From the NCBI GenBank assembly GCA_964565725.1, contig CAZMGA010000027.1:1-6147 (forward strand): a stretch of 6,147 bases of DNA, written 5' to 3'. Shown one piece after another: positions 6,129 through 6,147 of this stretch. The notes beneath the pieces are model-generated. The model did not search any database. It saw only the letters and a program-made list of their open reading frames with translations, and had not been told where the DNA came from. The stretch comes from an uncultured archaeon (GTDB lineage Archaea; Iainarchaeota; Iainarchaeia; Iainarchaeales; 0-14-0-20-30-16). The position numbers were made by a program, and so were the translations under genes. Every line of letters begins with the position of its first letter. The stretch's first letter is position 1.

Positions 6129-6138
6129 TTTTAAATCT
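6129..6138 (-). promoter_or_regulatory. Candidate TATA-like element for trpS
   Basis: The minus strand reads ATAGATTTAAAAAGATTTAATAG. TTTAAA lies about 32-37 nt upstream of the trpS ATG, which predicts a very short leader. No clear SD is present. Confidence 0.35.
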
Positions 6139-6147
6139 ATGTAACTA

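Noticed and set aside
1-6147. Viral or mobile-element origin (giant-virus-like RNAP, integron, CRISPR or transposon)
   Set aside because: Gene order rpoH-rpoB''-rpoB'-rpoA' is standard for archaeal chromosomes. No integrase, transposase, terminal inverted repeats or CRISPR-like regularly spaced repeats were seen.

Overview
AT-rich archaeal chromosomal window. The minus strand carries the head of a core RNA polymerase operon: rpoH (Rpo5), rpoB'' (Rpo2N), rpoB' (Rpo2C) and the 5' end of rpoA' (Rpo1N). The rpoA' fragment runs off position 1 and is absent from the ORF track. Subunit B is split into two genes, as in many euryarchaeal and DPANN-type archaea. A single plus-strand gene (3937..4980) diverges from this operon and encodes a protein with a complete GGDEF diguanylate cyclase core (LMLDIDHFKKINDTYGHKVGD...RWGGEEF). 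Upstream of the core is a divergent, possibly GAF-like, N-terminal region. The gene converges on a minus-strand archaeal/eukaryal-type tryptophanyl-tRNA synthetase, with only 4 bp between the stop codons. The main point of interest is a GGDEF-family nucleotide cyclase in an archaeal housekeeping context, since archaeal c-di-GMP signalling is rare and poorly described. It shares a divergent promoter region with the RNAP operon and has a disrupted I-site. Secondary points are substitutions in normally near-invariant active-site motifs of the RNAP B subunit (SPR-type to ATK, and NxED to NTQD), a TTG start with a strong Shine-Dalgarno for rpoH, and small promoter-proximal repeats. I do not see a multi-gene defence or mobile system here.
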